The notes below the pieces were generated by a model. That model worked only from the letters and a program-made list of their open reading frames with translations, was not told the origin of the DNA and did no database searches. Source: an uncultured Actinomycetes bacterium (GTDB taxonomy: Bacteria; Actinomycetota; Acidimicrobiia; Acidimicrobiales; Microtrichaceae). Taken from it: a stretch of 29,237 bases of DNA. Position 1 is the first letter of the stretch. Each line of letters starts with the position of its first letter. The translations under genes were made by a program, and so were the position numbers. Positions 26,763-29,237 of the stretch are shown here, in pieces. Location: positions 1 through 29,237 of the forward strand of contig CAJANQ010000537.1 of the NCBI GenBank assembly GCA_903941145.1, read 5' to 3'.

Positions 26763-26792
26763 ACCCTAGGGCAGGCGGTCAGGCGCCTGCAA
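26763..26792 (-). promoter_or_regulatory. Putative internal promoter for rplC and downstream genes
   Basis: TTGCAG-18 nt-TAGGGT on the minus strand, starting 17 nt after the rpsJ stop. It overlaps a GCAGGCG/CGCCTGC inverted repeat. Confidence 0.55.
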
Positions 26793-26809
26793 AAGGAGTC
26801 CCGGACGTA

Positions 26810-27130
26810 CTAGGCGTTCTGGATCTTGATCTCGATGTCGACGCCGGCGGGGAGGTCCAGGCGCTGGAGCGAGTCCACCGTCTTGGGGGTCGGGTCGATG
26901 ATGTCGATGAGCCGCTTGTGGATCCGCATCTCGAAGTGCTCGCGGGAGTCCTTGTCCTTGTGGGGGGACCGGATCACGGTGAAGCGGTGCTTGCGGGTGG
27001 GGAGCGGGATCGGACCCCGGACCGACGCCTGGGTGCGGGTCACGGTCTCGACGATCTTCTTCGCGGACTGATCGATGATCTCATGGTCGTACGCCTTGAG
27101 GCGGATGCGGATCTTCTGCTCTGCGGCCAT
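26810..27130 (-). CDS. rpsJ: 30S ribosomal protein S10 (NusE)
   Basis: Start trimmed to ATG 27130 (AGGAGG upstream). [42 protein letters not shown] and [10 protein letters not shown]. Confidence 0.98.
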   Translation of the reverse strand: MAAEQKIRIRLKAYDHEIIDQSAKKIVETVTRTQASVRGPIPLPTRKHRFTVIRSPHKDKDSREHFEMRIHKRLIDIIDPTPKTVDSLQRLDLPAGVDIEIKIQNA

Positions 27131-27198
27131 GCGGGCCCTCCTGTGTCCGGCGCAGTCCAACTGCGCCGTGGTGGTTGATCATCGACTGTCAAGAAGCG

Positions 27199-27214
27199 TC
27201 GCCCCGAAGGGCGA
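27199..27214 (-). terminator. cUUCGg hairpin between the inserted gene and rpsJ (terminator or leader element)
   Basis: TCGCCC-TTCG-GGGCGA followed by CGCTTCTT on the minus strand. Confidence 0.45.
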
Positions 27215-27220
27215 ACGGGA

Positions 27221-27251
27221 ACGATAGACCCGGCCGACCGACGAGCGCCAA
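27221..27251 (-). promoter_or_regulatory. Weak candidate promoter for rpsJ
   Basis: TTGGCG-19 nt-TATCGT. The spacer is long. Confidence 0.3.
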
Positions 27252-27252
27252 G

Positions 27253-28965
27253 TCAGCGTCGGAACCGGGCCCGGAGCTCCCGCTTGACCACGGGGAGGGA
27301 GAGCCGACGGACGTTGCCGTCGACCAGCGTCACCCCGCCCACGGCAGAGATGGTGTGGAGGCCGTCGGGGAAGGGGCCGTCAGGGTCGGGCGAGATGACC
27401 GCCACCTCGGTCTGTGCGTACCCGTCGGGGTCGAGCCGGTCGACGCGGAAGATCCCGACCGCCGAGCCGTACCGGGGCGAGCAGCGCTGCACCGGCCGGT
27501 ACAGCACGCCCTCGTGCACGAACGGGGTGCCGGCACCCCGTGCACCGTTGACGTCGACCACGAGCGGGTCGCACGCGTGCGGGTGCCACGGCCCCTCGAA
27601 CCGTTCGGCGTACCAGGCGCGCAACGAGGTGTTGGAGCCGCGGTCACGGTCGGTGCCGAACAGCCACCACCGGCCGTCCCAGCGGACGAGGGTGGGGTCG
27701 AGCACCCCGAGGCCCGCGACCAGCACGAGCGTGTCGCCCGGCCGGTCAGGGCGTCCGAGCTGCAGGGACGTGGGGTCGAACCGGTAGGCCCGGACCTCTC
27801 CCGAGCCGGCGTTCTCGGGCAGGCACCAGAGACCGTCGGCCTCCCCCTCCCCCGCCACCTCGACGACGGCCGGGTAGGACGCGTGGTGCTCGAACCGGAC
27901 GACCTCGGTCGGGGCCGACACCGGTGCGGCGCCCGACCCCGCAGGTGCCGACCACCTGATGGCCGAGACCACGCCGTGGTTCCCGGCGTGGTCGTAGTCC
28001 TCGACCAGCATCAGCAGGTCGTCGCCGACCATGACCCCGGCGGGATCGGCGACGTACCGCTCCTTCTCTGGCAGCCGGGGCAGCCAGCGCACTGACGACA
28101 CGTCGGGGTCGTCGAGCAACGAGGCGATGGGACGGTCCAAGACGCCGACGTTCCAGCGGTCGCCGCGGAAGATCCCGTCGGCCTGGCGGCCGACGTTGGC
28201 GGCGCCCATGCGCACGAGCGCCTTGGCCAGGGCCACCCAGCCCGGCGGCCGGTAGAGCGGCGCCGTCGAGGTGCTCGGCGCGACCTCGACGACCTGTGGC
28301 CCGTCGGCCAGCACGCGACGAGCGACCTGGGCCGGGAGTCCGGCCGCACCCAGGTAGGACTGGTCTCGGTTGCGGCGGTAGCTCTGCGGGACGGTGGCGA
28401 ACGCGGCGCGGGCCAGCGGGGCGCCACCGTCGAGCCGGTCCGTGAGACGCTGCAGCAGGACGCCGCTCACGGGGTCGCCGTGGGCGAGCTCCCAGAAGCA
28501 CGGCGGTCCGCCGCGGACGACACGCTCGTCGTCGTGGTGGAAGGACCAGATGCCGAGCGGGGCGACGTCGAGCACCGCGCCGCGGACCATGCCGAACCCG
28601 AGACGCAGCAGCATGTCGGGCCGCTGCGCCGCGACGTCGCCGAGGGCGTCGTCGGGGAACTCCTGCCAGTGGCCCTCGGCGCGGACGACGACGTCCACCT
28701 GGGGCACGCCGGCGAACCGGTCGGAGCAGTCGACGGTGCGCAGGGCGACCGAACGGCGGGCGGCAGCACGGTTGAAGAGCGTCCAGGCCAGCCGGCCCTG
28801 GGACCAGAGCTCGCCGGCCGACGGGCGGGGCGCGGCCGGGGCGGCGTCACGGACCACCACGACGAGCCGGGCACCCTCGACGGCGAGGAGCGCGTCGACG
28901 ACCTCGGCCTGCCACCGGGGCAGCGAGGTCCCGGACACCATGACGCCCCAACGCAGTTCGTCCAC
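27253..28965 (-). CDS. Formyltransferase-like N-domain plus beta-propeller protein (resembles bacterial glucosamine inositolphosphorylceramide transferase N-terminal family / GH43-like fold)
   Basis: 570 aa. N-half: PDMLLRLGFG, LGIWSFHH, RGGPPCFWE, SGVLLQRL and LDGG. C-half from about aa 270: WNVG, YVADP, HASYP, DPTLV..GRWWLFGT, GPWHPH, ARGAG, YRPVQRCSPRYG and GLHT. Family assignment is from remembered motifs. Confidence 0.7.
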   Translation of the reverse strand: MDELRWGVMVSGTSLPRWQAEVVDALLAVEGARLVVVVRDAAPAAPRPSAGELWSQGRLAWTLFNRAAARRSVALRTVDCSDRFAGVPQVDVVVRAEGHWQEFPDDALGDVAAQRPDMLLRLGFGMVRGAVLDVAPLGIWSFHHDDERVVRGGPPCFWELAHGDPVSGVLLQRLTDRLDGGAPLARAAFATVPQSYRRNRDQSYLGAAGLPAQVARRVLADGPQVVEVAPSTSTAPLYRPPGWVALAKALVRMGAANVGRQADGIFRGDRWNVGVLDRPIASLLDDPDVSSVRWLPRLPEKERYVADPAGVMVGDDLLMLVEDYDHAGNHGVVSAIRWSAPAGSGAAPVSAPTEVVRFEHHASYPAVVEVAGEGEADGLWCLPENAGSGEVRAYRFDPTSLQLGRPDRPGDTLVLVAGLGVLDPTLVRWDGRWWLFGTDRDRGSNTSLRAWYAERFEGPWHPHACDPLVVDVNGARGAGTPFVHEGVLYRPVQRCSPRYGSAVGIFRVDRLDPDGYAQTEVAVISPDPDGPFPDGLHTISAVGGVTLVDGNVRRLSLPVVKRELRARFRR

Positions 28966-28971
28966 CGCAAC

Positions 28972-29000
28972 AACCTACGGGCGGCGGTGCGGGTTGCCAC
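28972..29000 (-). promoter_or_regulatory. Putative leaderless promoter of the inserted gene
   Basis: GTGGCA-17 nt-TAGGTT-6 nt-GTG start at 28965, with no SD visible. Confidence 0.5.
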
Positions 29001-29054
29001 GCGGCGGGGCACAAGTCCCCATGAGCCGAACTGTGGGGCGGCGCCCCGGACGCG

Positions 29055-29086
29055 GACGGGCCCGCCTGTTGCCAGGCGGGCCCGTC
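29055..29086 (-). terminator. Strong hairpin terminator after tuf
   Basis: Perfect 14-bp stem GACGGGCCCGCCTG/CAGGCGGGCCCGTC with a GCAA (GNRA) loop, 19 nt past the tuf stop. No U-tract. Confidence 0.75.
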
Positions 29087-29105
29087 ACGCAGTTCCGGAA
29101 GATCG

Positions 29106-29237
29106 TTACTTGATGATCTTGGTAACTCGACCAGCACCCACGGTACGACCACCCTCACGGATGGCGAACCGCAGACCCTCGTCCATGGCGATCGGAGCGA
29201 TCAGCTCCACCGACATCTCAGTGTTGTCGCCCGGCAG
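29106..29237 (-). CDS. tuf: Elongation factor Tu, 3' end
   Basis: Manual translation: [43 protein letters not shown]-stop. Confidence 0.97.
   Translation of the reverse strand: MPGDNTEMSVELIAPIAMDEGLRFAIREGGRTVGAGRVTKIIK

Noticed and set aside
27187-27192. Perfect TTGACA as the rpsJ -35 element
   Set aside because: No TANNNT at 16-19 nt spacing.
27131-29105. Mobile element carrying the tuf-rpsJ insert
   Set aside because: No transposase or integrase, terminal inverted repeats or target-site duplication recognised by eye.
1-29237. tRNA or rRNA genes
   Set aside because: The intergenic gaps are short, and none shows a cloverleaf with T-loop GTTCRA or rRNA signature sequences.

Overview
High-GC actinobacterial core-genome window. 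Class Acidimicrobiia is my inference from gene order and protein signatures, not from a database search. Almost everything is on the minus strand: the 3' end of tuf, the complete S10, spc and alpha ribosomal-protein clusters (rpsJ to rplQ, with secY, adk, infA, rpoA), then truA, rplM-rpsI, glmM, glmS, acpS, nnr and the 5' part of alr. I see no tRNA, rRNA, CRISPR array or mobile element. The departures from the textbook layout are: (1) an 887-aa NapA-type cation/H+ antiporter fused to a GlnD-like degenerate-HD plus tandem-ACT tail, sitting antisense inside the glmS-acpS-nnr-alr run; (2) a 1150-aa GlmS, almost twice normal size, with its catalytic motifs intact, three insertions and a 193-aa C-terminal extension, preceded by a four-hairpin leader that is not the glmS ribozyme; (3) a formyltransferase-like/beta-propeller gene between tuf and rpsJ with leaderless-promoter geometry; (4) rpsJ separated from rplC by a 274-nt spacer holding a promoter-like signal and a long structured leader; (5) infA apparently starting at CTG behind a perfect Shine-Dalgarno, with map absent from its usual position. 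Many CDS starts below are trimmed from the supplied ORF track to the start that matches the family N-terminus.
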